A stretch of 64,000 bases of DNA from Aestuariivirga sp. Lineage in GTDB: Bacteria > Pseudomonadota > Alphaproteobacteria > Rhizobiales > Aestuariivirgaceae. The position numbers were made by a program, and so were the translations under genes. Numbering within the stretch: the first letter of the stretch is position 1; the number at the start of each line of letters is the position of its first letter. The notes beneath the pieces are model-generated. The model did not search any database, was not told where the DNA came from, and saw only the letters and a list, made by a program, of their open reading frames with translations. The stretch spans positions 5,829-69,828 of the forward strand of contig NZ_JBGSOZ010000151.1 in the NCBI RefSeq assembly GCF_041738905.1, written 5' to 3'. Below, one piece after another: positions 10,140-19,074 of this stretch.

Positions 10140-10417
10140 TGTCGGCCGAGATGTTCCTCAAGCACGCTGCCAACATTGTCAGCGAGCGCCGTGCGCAATA
10201 CGGCGCAGCTAGCACCGCCATGATGGCTCTCGCCACACGATGGTCAGTGACGCTGGGCCAGCCAGTCACACCTGCTCAGGTTGTCCTGTGCCTCATCGAC
10301 CTCAAGCTTGCCCGCCTTGCGCATGATCCAACCAACGAGGACTCCGCAGTTGATGTCTGCGGCTATGCCGCGGTGCTGCGCGAACTCATCACAACATCAT
10401 CAACGGAAGGTGTGTGA
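10136..10417 (+). CDS. DUF6378-like phage protein
   Basis: ERRAQYG...LKLARL...DSAVDVCGYA. Confidence 0.7.
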   Translation: MMSAEMFLKHAANIVSERRAQYGAASTAMMALATRWSVTLGQPVTPAQVVLCLIDLKLARLAHDPTNEDSAVDVCGYAAVLRELITTSSTEGV

Positions 10418-10420
10418 ACC

Positions 10421-10981
10421 ATGGTCCGTGGACGCAAACGCAAGCCTGGCAAGCGCTACCCCTGTGGCAAGCGCACGAAACAGGAGCTGGAGAAGGATGC
10501 CATGAGCACGGTGATTGACGCACGCCAAAGGCAATTCGGTGTAACAGCAAAGCAGGCACGAGATGAACGGCTGGGGACGGCATTGGGCCGGCTCGCCTTC
10601 AAGCAGATGATCAGCGAAACACAATACCAGGCCGGCGTCGCCTTTGCCCAACTGTATCACCACCATCACGTGGCGATCGGCCTGCCATCCCCCAGCCCGC
10701 GCTCGGTGGCAGGTCTCCTCATCAACGAGGGTATTATCGGCAGCGCTCCCAGCGAGCCCGTACTCGAGGTCACCGAGAAGCTGAAGCGGCGGTTCCGTGA
10801 TGCAACCGATGCGCTCGATGCGTGCGACCGTGAGCATCGCCTGTCAGCGGGCAGACGGCCTACGCTGCTGATCTACCGTGTTGTCTGCACCGACGAGGAC
10901 GCCATGCACTGGAAAGAAGAGGACTTGGGCAACCTGCGAGTGGCCCTCAATGCGCTGGTGCGGGTGTTCCGCTTACGGTGA
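10421..10981 (+). CDS. Phage protein, possible late-gene regulator
   Basis: Basic N-terminus GRKRKPGKRYPCGKR; last early gene before the late promoter. Function inferred from position only. Confidence 0.45.
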   Translation: MVRGRKRKPGKRYPCGKRTKQELEKDAMSTVIDARQRQFGVTAKQARDERLGTALGRLAFKQMISETQYQAGVAFAQLYHHHHVAIGLPSPSPRSVAGLLINEGIIGSAPSEPVLEVTEKLKRRFRDATDALDACDREHRLSAGRRPTLLIYRVVCTDEDAMHWKEEDLGNLRVALNALVRVFRLR

Positions 10982-11044
10982 TTTGCAGTGACGTTTGATG
11001 CGTTCCCGTCTTCGGACGGCAGCGCCGTGTAAGCGCCAACTGGC

Positions 11045-11770
11045 TCAGCGACGGTCCCAGCGTTCGACTTCTTCTGCCACCAACCTTTGCAGCTGCCAGA
11101 GATTGCGGTCGCGGATGCCGTGTTCCTCTAGCTTCAGTACAGTCTGGTAAAGATATTCAGCGCTGGAACCATAGTGGCCACACGCGTGGGCAAGACGCAA
11201 AGCCACCGCCTCAAGCGGCAGTCGCAGCGAGATGCCCCGCCCCGACGGGCCCGCCCAGAACACCAGAGCGCGAATCGATGCTTCAGCGGTCACGACTGAG
11301 ATCCACCGGGCCATGCCTAAATCTTCGTGCGCGGTAATCTCGCGCCGCACGAGCCGATGAACAATGTCGGAAACTTCTGCTTCGGGCAGTCGAAGCAGAA
11401 GGCCTGCGCATCGGCCGCCACGGGCAAGCGCCATCATGAGGCCAGGGAGTTCTGGTGTTCCTCGCCAGCGTGTCTGCTCGATGCAGAACGCCCGATGCCA
11501 TCCAAGTGCCGTGCCGCGCCGATATTCCGCAACCCCAAAGCTCGGGTTCCAGATCAGTGAGCCATAGCCGAAGACCCAAAGAGGACCCTCTGGTCGGTCC
11601 GCGAGCAGCCGCTCAGTCAATGCTGACCGTACCTCATCCCTTAGGGGCGTGTAATCAGGATTCGGACCCGGATCGATCTCGGCCCGAAAACAGCGGGCAA
11701 CCAACTCAGGCGTCAGCGCCAACTTGCGCCCGCGCCTATCTCTGACATGTAGATCAGCTTCCAATGTCAC
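11045..11770 (-). CDS. chaC: ChaC-family gamma-glutamylcyclotransferase (cargo)
   Basis: WVFGYGSLIWNP, GWHRAFC, RGTPELPGL, GSSAEYL. Confidence 0.9.
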   Translation of the reverse strand: MTLEADLHVRDRRGRKLALTPELVARCFRAEIDPGPNPDYTPLRDEVRSALTERLLADRPEGPLWVFGYGSLIWNPSFGVAEYRRGTALGWHRAFCIEQTRWRGTPELPGLMMALARGGRCAGLLLRLPEAEVSDIVHRLVRREITAHEDLGMARWISVVTAEASIRALVFWAGPSGRGISLRLPLEAVALRLAHACGHYGSSAEYLYQTVLKLEEHGIRDRNLWQLQRLVAEEVERWDRR

Positions 11771-12015
11771 GTCTCTAGCCCAAAGGAACGACAGCCAAGA
11801 TAAAGCACAGTCCTCGTTCGTGATCCCAGCACCGCCGTTGTGATCACAATGCCAACTAATGCATACTACATCAACGCATCACTTTTGTCCCATTTCTTGA
11901 AGCGCTTTCCCCAAAGCGGTCGTGCAGGCCTTGCGGTTGTGAGTTCTAATTGGTATGCGAGTGGAACTGGAATCCAACTTACTAGAAAAATGTTCAGATT
12001 ACTTGAAATTGTCTG

Positions 12016-12044
12016 TTGACATGTGTCAGCGGCACCAATAAAAG
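12016..12044 (+). promoter_or_regulatory. Sigma70-type promoter, putative phage late promoter
   Basis: TTGACA (12016-21), 17-bp spacer, TAAAAG (12039-44); AGCTCA...TGAGCT inverted repeat just downstream. Confidence 0.65.
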
Positions 12045-12115
12045 TTCTGTTATTGAAAGCTCAGAAATGTGTCCGGAGTTGAGCTCTTCCGATGTGACGA
12101 GCCAGATGAATTCAC

Positions 12116-12383
12116 GGGTCCTTCCGCGTAGAGAAGCGTAGAGGGGGGGCTCAGCGCAGCATCCCGCTAGCGTCAGGGTTCCAATTTGGGGTCCCAGTTT
12201 CCAGTTTCCACCCCACAACGATCGCATCACGCGGACAGCATCGATTGAAAACACGCCCGTTTTATCGGGTCTTTCGTATTTTAAGCTTTGGCGGTGTTGG
12301 TGGAAACCTTGGGTGGAAACCTCCGGTACAAGGTTCCATTTTCCAGGCACCAGGTTTCCACTTCGGGTTCCACCCGGTTTCCA
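12116..12383 (+). other. Putative lambda-like cos packaging site (cosQ-cosN-cosB)
   Basis: GGGTCCT at 12116-22, G-run GGGGGGGCTCAGCGC from 12143, then about 9 GTT(T)CCA/TGGAAAC repeats; GpA-type terminase downstream. Confidence 0.6.
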
Positions 12384-12398
12384 CGCCATGAGGTATCG

Positions 12399-13664
12399 AT
12401 GATCCCCGAGAGTTACGCCCTCGAGCGCGTGGACGTGTCTGTGCTGTCAGGTTTTGCCGGCAATCCGCGCACGCATTCCGAAATCCAGATCAAACAGATC
12501 GCTGCCAGCATCCGTGAATTTGGCTGGACCAATCCGATCCTCGTCGATGCCACGGGCACAATCATTGCCGGACACGGGCGGCTTGCGGCGGCGAAGGAAC
12601 TGGGACTGCAACAGGTGCCGGTCATCCGGTTGGGCCATCTGTCGGACGCGCAGCGCAAGGCACTCGTCATTGCCGATAACCAGCTGGCGCTCAACGCCGG
12701 ATGGGACGAGGCAGCGCTGTCGGTGCTGATCCAGGAACTCGACGCCGAGAAGTTCGAACTCGACCTCCTGGGCTTTGCGACAGACGACCTCGACCGCTAT
12801 CTTGCGGGCCTCGATAATGGAGACGCAGCGGCCGCTGAGGAAGCTGAACTTCCCGAGTTTCCTGTCGTCGCAACATCACGGCCGGGCGATCTGTGGATCC
12901 TTGGGAACCATCGGCTACTGTGTGGTGATGCCAGGGTCGTCACAGACGTTGAGCGTCTGATGGACGGCCAGCTCGCGGACATGGTTTTTTGCGATCCACC
13001 TTACAATGTCGACTATGGCAATTCCGCCAAGGACAAAATGCGCGGCAAGGACAGGCGCATCCTCAATGATGCCTTGGGCGAGGGCTTCTATCAATTTCTC
13101 TACGATGCCTGCGTCAACATGCTGATGGTGACCAAGGGCGCCTTTTACATCTGCATGAGTTCCTCCGAGCTCCACACGCTACAGAAGGCCTTCACCGACG
13201 CCGGCGGCAAGTGGTCGACATTCGTCATCTGGGCGAAGAATAGTTTTACGCTGGGCCGTGCCGACTACCAGCGGCAGTATGAACCCATCCTCTATGGCTG
13301 GAAGCAGGGTGCCGACCACTTTTGGTGTGGGGCCCGCGACCAGGGCGATGTGTGGTTCGTCGACAAGCCCCGTGTCAACGATCTCCACCCCACCATGAAG
13401 CCGGTCGAACTCGTCGAGCGTGCGATTCGCAACAGCAGCAAGAGCCGCGATATCGTTCTCGATCCTTTTGGCGGTTCTGGTACGACGCTCATCGCTGCTG
13501 AGCGCTCTGGCCGGTCAGCACGACTTCTGGAACTCGACCCCAAATACATGGACGTGATAGTCGAGCGCTGGCAGAATCTCACAGGCGGTGTCGCAGTGTT
13601 GGAAGCCGAGGACCGGACCTTTGATGACGTGAAGGCGAGCCGCTGTGTTGTTGCAGCACCTTGA
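12399..13664 (+). CDS. ParB-like N-terminal domain + N6A/N4C DNA methyltransferase (beta class)
   Basis: IIAGHGRLAAA (ParB/Srx); DPPYN precedes VLDPFGGSGTT. Confidence 0.9.
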   Translation: MIPESYALERVDVSVLSGFAGNPRTHSEIQIKQIAASIREFGWTNPILVDATGTIIAGHGRLAAAKELGLQQVPVIRLGHLSDAQRKALVIADNQLALNAGWDEAALSVLIQELDAEKFELDLLGFATDDLDRYLAGLDNGDAAAAEEAELPEFPVVATSRPGDLWILGNHRLLCGDARVVTDVERLMDGQLADMVFCDPPYNVDYGNSAKDKMRGKDRRILNDALGEGFYQFLYDACVNMLMVTKGAFYICMSSSELHTLQKAFTDAGGKWSTFVIWAKNSFTLGRADYQRQYEPILYGWKQGADHFWCGARDQGDVWFVDKPRVNDLHPTMKPVELVERAIRNSSKSRDIVLDPFGGSGTTLIAAERSGRSARLLELDPKYMDVIVERWQNLTGGVAVLEAEDRTFDDVKASRCVVAAP

Positions 13665-13874
13665 CCCGCTATTATTGATTGATCTTCTCGCAAATTTAGC
13701 CCCAAGGTTGCGATCTGAGCCTCGGAGCAAAGTTTTATGGGTCCTCGACGCTTCGAGCTCGTGGTCTGCGTGGATGAGTAATCATTGCCATCTCCTCCGC
13801 AGGTCTTGCCTTTTTGAACAGGCAATCAGCCATCTTATGAATTAAACTGACATATGGCGTCAAATTTCAACTGT

Positions 13875-14261
13875 ATGACGAAGCAGCTGCACGCTTGGGC
13901 ACGCATTATCAAGAGAGATGTGCATGCCCTCTATCTGGCAAGCCGTGATCCGCGCGTGCCGTGGTATGCCAAAGCGCTGGCAGTTGTCGTGGCCGGCTAC
14001 GCAATTTCGCCGATTGACCTCATCCCGGATTTCATCCCGGTACTGGGATATCTCGATGACGTAGTGCTCTTGCCCCTGGGAATCTATCTCGTGGTGAAGC
14101 TTATTCCACCAGATATCATGGCAGAGCATCGTGCCCTGGCAGACGCCGCCCAGGAACGGCCTGTCAGTCGGCTGGCCGCGGTGATAATCATATTACTCTG
14201 GATTGCATCGGTCATACTGGCAGGCTGGCTGGCTTACCATTATCTGTGGGCGGCACCGTGA
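13875..14261 (+). CDS. YkvA/DUF1232 membrane protein (cargo)
   Basis: DPRVPWYAK, YAISPIDLIPDFIPVLGYLDD. Confidence 0.9.
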   Translation: MTKQLHAWARIIKRDVHALYLASRDPRVPWYAKALAVVVAGYAISPIDLIPDFIPVLGYLDDVVLLPLGIYLVVKLIPPDIMAEHRALADAAQERPVSRLAAVIIILLWIASVILAGWLAYHYLWAAP

Positions 14262-15256
14262 GTAGACTTGGCAAGGTTTTCACCTACACAATTCTTTTGA
14301 TCTGGACGCTTGTGTGTCTCATCCCGATTTATTGGGTGGCGATTACCTCCTTCAAGAGCGTGGAGAACATCGACAAGCCGCCCGGCTATTTTCCATTTGT
14401 CGATTACATACCGTCTCTGGATGCGTGGCGCTTCATCCTGTTTGACCAGAGTGAAAGCCTCGTGACGCGCTTTCTCAATTCGGCGGTGATTGGGGGTGCA
14501 GCTACAGTTTTGACGATTGTTGTCAGCGGTATGGCAATCTACGGGTTGACCCGGTTTCCACCGGCAACCCGCTGGACAACTATTGCATGTGCCGCCGTTG
14601 CAGCCGCGTGTGCTTTGGCAGGCATTTCAGTCTCGGGTGAGTTACTGCGGGGCGGGCTTTTCGCCGGAGCAGTAGCCAGCTTAATCCTGGCCGTCGGCCT
14701 CCGCAGGCGAGGGCCTGCCATGTCGGCGTCCACCATTATAGCCCTGATGCTGGCAACCCGCATTTTGCCGCCCATCATCCTGATGATTCCACTCTACATG
14801 CTCGCCATGGTGACCGGTACACGGGATACGCATGCGGCCATGATCTTTGTCTATACCGCCATCAATGTGCCAGTGGCCGTCTGGCTTCTCCTGCCGGTTC
14901 TTGGCCCTCGGGCAACCGAGCAGGAAGAGGCCGCTCAACTCGATGGTGCTTCTCACTTCGGCATTTTTTTCACCATCCTGCTGCCGATGGTGAAGGCGGG
15001 TGTCGCAGCCGCCGGCCTGATTGTCTTTTTGATGTGCTGGAATGAGTACCTCTTCGCAGTTTATCTGACGGCTGACCACGCGCTGACGTTACCGCCTTGG
15101 GCAGTGGGTCAACTTTCCATGAAAGAGGCGCAGGTTGGAGGAGAGGCGGAAGAGTGGGCGCACCTATCGGCGGCCACGATCCTGATGATGATTCCCGCTC
15201 TGATATTTAGCGTTTTTGTCCAGAAACATCTCGGCCGCAGTATTGTTGGCAGATAG
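14258..15256 (+). CDS. Carbohydrate ABC transporter permease, orphan (cargo)
   Basis: PIYWVAITSFK, EEAAQLDGAS (EAA motif), FLMCWNEYLFA. Confidence 0.85.
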   Translation: MSRLGKVFTYTILLIWTLVCLIPIYWVAITSFKSVENIDKPPGYFPFVDYIPSLDAWRFILFDQSESLVTRFLNSAVIGGAATVLTIVVSGMAIYGLTRFPPATRWTTIACAAVAAACALAGISVSGELLRGGLFAGAVASLILAVGLRRRGPAMSASTIIALMLATRILPPIILMIPLYMLAMVTGTRDTHAAMIFVYTAINVPVAVWLLLPVLGPRATEQEEAAQLDGASHFGIFFTILLPMVKAGVAAAGLIVFLMCWNEYLFAVYLTADHALTLPPWAVGQLSMKEAQVGGEAEEWAHLSAATILMMIPALIFSVFVQKHLGRSIVGR

Positions 15257-15365
15257 CCGGTTCCAAGATTGTTAAGGCTATGGTCAAGCGTTGTGGCACT
15301 GGTCGTGACCTGTGCAAAAGCAGTATTAGGCCGCTGGCCAAGAGGACTGCGGTCGCTGACGGCGT

Positions 15366-15944
15366 TTACGGACGCACCTTGTACACGCGGCCTCGGGTTT
15401 CGATCTTCTCGGACTCGATGGTGAGGCCGAGCTTCTTCTTGAGGGCACCTGCCATCGCGCCGCGCACCGTGTGAGATTGCCATCCGGTTGTGGCGACAAG
15501 ATCTTCGATGGTGGCGCCTTCCGGGCGCTGCAGCATTGCGATTATGGCAGCCTGTTTGGTGCCGTCACGCGTTTTGCGTTCCTTGGGAGCAGTCGCGGGT
15601 GTGAGCGGGGCTTCAACGTCGCCTGTGATTATTGCCGCTTCCGAGGATGTGGGAGATTCTGCGGCCGTGAGTGCGGCTGCTTCGGACTCTATCCCGAGTG
15701 CCGCCACTCCCGCTGCCGTGATGACGAGCGTGACGCCGTAACCATCGCCAGTCTCGCACCACAGGGGGGTACCAAGCTTGCGATTTGCTTCAACCTCTTC
15801 GAGGAGGCCCTTTTCGATGAGCGGATTGATCACCTTGTGGGCGGCGGCGCCCTTGAGGTTCGGCGGCAGTGGCAGCGCCAGATGGTTATCACGCTGCGCG
15901 GCAGCGCTGAGAACGATGAGTTGGGTATCGGAAAGTCTTGTCAT
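15366..15944 (-). CDS. DUF3489-domain protein
   Basis: MTRLSDTQLIVLSAAAQR; GTKQAAIIAMLQRPEGATI...GWQSHTVRG. Confidence 0.85.
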   Translation of the reverse strand: MTRLSDTQLIVLSAAAQRDNHLALPLPPNLKGAAAHKVINPLIEKGLLEEVEANRKLGTPLWCETGDGYGVTLVITAAGVAALGIESEAAALTAAESPTSSEAAIITGDVEAPLTPATAPKERKTRDGTKQAAIIAMLQRPEGATIEDLVATTGWQSHTVRGAMAGALKKKLGLTIESEKIETRGRVYKVRP

Positions 15945-16050
15945 TGGCGGTCGGCTCCTTTGGGCCGTGAGCCAGCGGGGATCGCCGGCTTCTACGACCC
16001 CGAGCCCCGCAATCAGACGGGGGCGGAGACTCGGCGTCCAATGAAGCGCT

Positions 16051-16272
16051 CTATTCGGCGTGCTCGCCTTCGTGGAAGGCGCTGTCGGTGATGCGCTTGA
16101 GGAGTTCGGCGTAGTGGCTGAGCGTTCCGACGTGACCCCAGTGGATCGTCTCGGGATCAGCACCGAAGTGATCGTCGCTGAGGGCCCGAAGGCGGGCGAG
16201 CATCGCGTCGATCTCGGCCTTCTTCGCGATGAAGGCGGCACCCGCCTTGCTGTTGTCTGAGGGTTTGCGCAT
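16051..16272 (-). CDS. Small prophage hypothetical protein
   Basis: AFIAKKAEIDAMLARL...HWGHVGTLSHYAELLKRITD; SD upstream; lies beside DUF3489. Confidence 0.65.
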   Translation of the reverse strand: MRKPSDNSKAGAAFIAKKAEIDAMLARLRALSDDHFGADPETIHWGHVGTLSHYAELLKRITDSAFHEGEHAE

Positions 16273-16379
16273 CTGCTTGCTCCTTGAGCCTCGTTTGATG
16301 ATCACACATTTGCTCTGTACACAGATCTTATCAAGTCGACCGGCAGCAACATGATTGCTCTTTCACGAGGCTGTAGATC

Positions 16380-16928
16380 ATGGGATTGTCGATCCGCGCC
16401 TACGCCGCCCATCGCGGTGTCAGCCATACGAGTGTCCGGAAGGCCATTGCCTCGGGACGGGTGACGCTGGAGCCGGATGGCAGCATCGACCCCGTAAAGA
16501 CCGACCGCAGCTGGGTGCAGAATGCAGATCCGTCGAAGGCCCGTGCGCCCCGGATCCTCAAGCCAGTGCCGGAAGCGGCTGTGAGCGCGGTGCGGGAGAC
16601 CCTCTCGGAGTCGGGTTCACCTCTTGTGGGCGGCATGAGCTACCTGCATGCCAAGACGGCAGAGAAGGTGCTCACCGTGCAGTTGCTGCGCGAGAAGCTC
16701 AGGCGTGAGAAGGGCGAAGTGGTCGAACGGGACTATGCCATCGAGCAGGGGTTCGCCTTTGCCCGCCGCATCCGAGACAGCTGGACTGGCTGGCCCGCAC
16801 GTGTCGCAGCCCTCATGGCGGCCGATCTCGTGGTAGACGTCCACAAGCTCGAGGCGCTGCTCAATACCCATGTCCGCGAACAGCTCAAGGCCTCAGCGGG
16901 AGACGACCTCAATCTCCGCGGCACATGA
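16380..16928 (+). CDS. Terminase small subunit (Nu1-like)
   Basis: N-terminal HTH (SIRAYAAHRGVSHTSVRKAI); overlaps the large subunit. Confidence 0.75.
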   Translation: MGLSIRAYAAHRGVSHTSVRKAIASGRVTLEPDGSIDPVKTDRSWVQNADPSKARAPRILKPVPEAAVSAVRETLSESGSPLVGGMSYLHAKTAEKVLTVQLLREKLRREKGEVVERDYAIEQGFAFARRIRDSWTGWPARVAALMAADLVVDVHKLEALLNTHVREQLKASAGDDLNLRGT

Positions 16929-18849
16929 CTACGAAGGCAACCGCCAGTTTCTCCGAAGCCTCACCGATGGCCTGACGCCGGACCCGCCGATGACCGTTGC
17001 GGAGTGGGCGGACACCTATCGCATCCTGTCCGGCAGGGCCGCAGCGGAAGCTGGAAAGTACAGGACATCGCGCACACCCTACATGCGCGAGATCATGGAG
17101 AGCCTGTCGCCCTCGAGCCCCATCGAGCGGGTGGTGTTCATGAAAGCAGCTCAGACCGGGGCGACGGAGGCTGGAAACAACTTCATCGGGTTCATCATCC
17201 ACCAGGCACCGGGTCCAATCCTTGCCGTGCAGCCGACGGTGGAACTGGCCAAGCGCAACTCGCAGCAGCGCATTGATCCACTCATTGAGGACAGCGCCGA
17301 GCTTCGGAAGATCGTGGCGCCGGCACGCTCCCGCGACAGCGGCAACACGGTGCTGGCAAAGCGGTTCCCCGGCGGACAGCTTGTGCTGACCGGTGCCAAC
17401 AGCGCAACGGGGCTTCGCTCCATGCCGGCCCGTTATGTGTTCCTCGACGAGGTCGATGCCTATCCCGGTGATGTGGATGGAGAGGGGGACCCGATTGCAC
17501 TGGCCGAAGTCCGCACCGCCACCTTCGGACACCGCAAGAAGCTGTTCCTGGTTTCGACACCGACGATCAAGGGTCTGTCACGCATCGAACGCGAATACGA
17601 TGCCTCGGATCAGCGGCGCTATTTCGTGCCGTGCCCGCATTGCGGAACCATGCAGTGGCTGCAGTTCGAACGGTTGCGCTGGGAGAAGGGCAGCCCGGGA
17701 ACAGCTGCCTACATCTGTCAATCCTGCGAGTTACCGATCACGGAAGCGGCCAAGACCGAGATGCTGGCGAAGGGCGAATGGCGTGCCACGGCAGAAGGCA
17801 ACAATACACGGACCCGCGGCTATCATCTCTCAGGCCTCTATTCGCCGGTAGGCTGGACCAGCTGGGCCGACATCGCAAGAAGCTGGGACGAGGCCCAGCA
17901 CAATGACGCGGCGCTCAAGACGGCCAAGAACGTGCTGCTGGGCGAGACCTGGATGGAGTCGGGCGAAGCGCCCGACTGGCAGCGCCTCTATGACCGGCGT
18001 GAACAGTGGAAGGTTGGCACCGTTCCGGAAAACGGACTCTTCCTCACGGCTGGTGCCGACGTCCAGAAGGATCGTATCGAGGTCGATGTCTGGGCCTGGG
18101 GGCGGGGGCTTGAAAGCTGGCTCATCGATCATGTTGTGATCGAGGGCGGACCCAGCGATCCGGGCTGCTGGCTCAAGCTGACAAGGCTTCTTTCGCAGAC
18201 CTGGGCCCATGCCAGCGGCCAGCACATGACGATTGCGCGGCTGGCCATCGACACAGGCTTCGAGACCAGTGCTGTTTATGCGTGGTCTCGGGCTGTGGGC
18301 TTCGCACAGGTGGCACCCGTCAAAGGCGTCGAAGGCTTCAACCGGGCGAGCCCGGTGACAGGTCCAACATTCGTGGATGCGACTATCGCAGGCAAAAGGC
18401 TCCGACGCGGTGCGAGGCTGTGGACAGTCGCCACCTCGACCTTCAAGGCCGAGACCTATCGCTTCCTGCGGCAGGACCAGCCGACCCGTGAAGAAATTAC
18501 TGCCGGTGCGATGGTCCCGCCCGGCACCATCCATCTGCCGGACTGGGCTGATGGCGAATGGTTGAAACAGCTGACCGCCGAGCAGCTGGTAACGGTCAAG
18601 ACGAAACGCGGCTTCCAGCGGCTCGAATGGCAGAAGCTTCGCGAACGCAACGAAGCGCTCGATGTTCGCGTCTATGCCCGCGCAGCCGCATGGATCGCCG
18701 GTGCCGACCGCTGGTCGGAGGCGCACTGGCAGGAACTGGAGCGGCAGTTGGCTGTCGATACTGAGGGGCTTGCTGGCCCTGAGCCGGTCAAATCCAGCGC
18801 CCGGCCGTCGGCGCAGCGTCGGACGGTCAGGTCGAGTTACATGGGGTGA
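16870..18849 (+). CDS. Terminase large subunit, GpA family (start uncertain)
   Basis: KAAQTGATE, FLDEVDAYP, STPTIKG, YFVPCPHC, GADVQKDR, NEALD. Confidence 0.95.
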   Translation: MSANSSRPQRETTSISAAHDYEGNRQFLRSLTDGLTPDPPMTVAEWADTYRILSGRAAAEAGKYRTSRTPYMREIMESLSPSSPIERVVFMKAAQTGATEAGNNFIGFIIHQAPGPILAVQPTVELAKRNSQQRIDPLIEDSAELRKIVAPARSRDSGNTVLAKRFPGGQLVLTGANSATGLRSMPARYVFLDEVDAYPGDVDGEGDPIALAEVRTATFGHRKKLFLVSTPTIKGLSRIEREYDASDQRRYFVPCPHCGTMQWLQFERLRWEKGSPGTAAYICQSCELPITEAAKTEMLAKGEWRATAEGNNTRTRGYHLSGLYSPVGWTSWADIARSWDEAQHNDAALKTAKNVLLGETWMESGEAPDWQRLYDRREQWKVGTVPENGLFLTAGADVQKDRIEVDVWAWGRGLESWLIDHVVIEGGPSDPGCWLKLTRLLSQTWAHASGQHMTIARLAIDTGFETSAVYAWSRAVGFAQVAPVKGVEGFNRASPVTGPTFVDATIAGKRLRRGARLWTVATSTFKAETYRFLRQDQPTREEITAGAMVPPGTIHLPDWADGEWLKQLTAEQLVTVKTKRGFQRLEWQKLRERNEALDVRVYARAAAWIAGADRWSEAHWQELERQLAVDTEGLAGPEPVKSSARPSAQRRTVRSSYMG

Positions 18850-18854
18850 CCGTG

Positions 18855-19070
18855 ATGGCGACACTCACAGATCTCCGCGCCAGGCGTGAGACACTGGCGG
18901 TGCAACGGTCATCGGGCGTGGCCCGCGTCAGCTACGAGGGACGGAGTGTCGACTATCGCAGCGTGGCCGAGATCGACCGCGCCATCGAGGCACTCGATCG
19001 CGAGATCGTGGCCGCTGAGGGGCGCCGCATCGTCCGGCATCTGCGCGTGACGACGGCAAAGGGGCTCTGA
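18855..19070 (+). CDS. gpW-like head completion protein
   Basis: Small ORF between terminase and portal; VSYEGRSVDY. Confidence 0.75.
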   Translation: MATLTDLRARRETLAVQRSSGVARVSYEGRSVDYRSVAEIDRAIEALDREIVAAEGRRIVRHLRVTTAKGL

Positions 19071-19074
19071 CGCC

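Noticed and set aside
9245-12383. The two repeat clusters as CRISPR arrays
   Set aside because: Repeats are 7-11 bp, in mixed orientation and irregularly spaced
13739-13745. Second GGGTCCT (cosQ-like) heptamer
   Set aside because: No G-rich cosN-like segment or repeats follow; expected by chance
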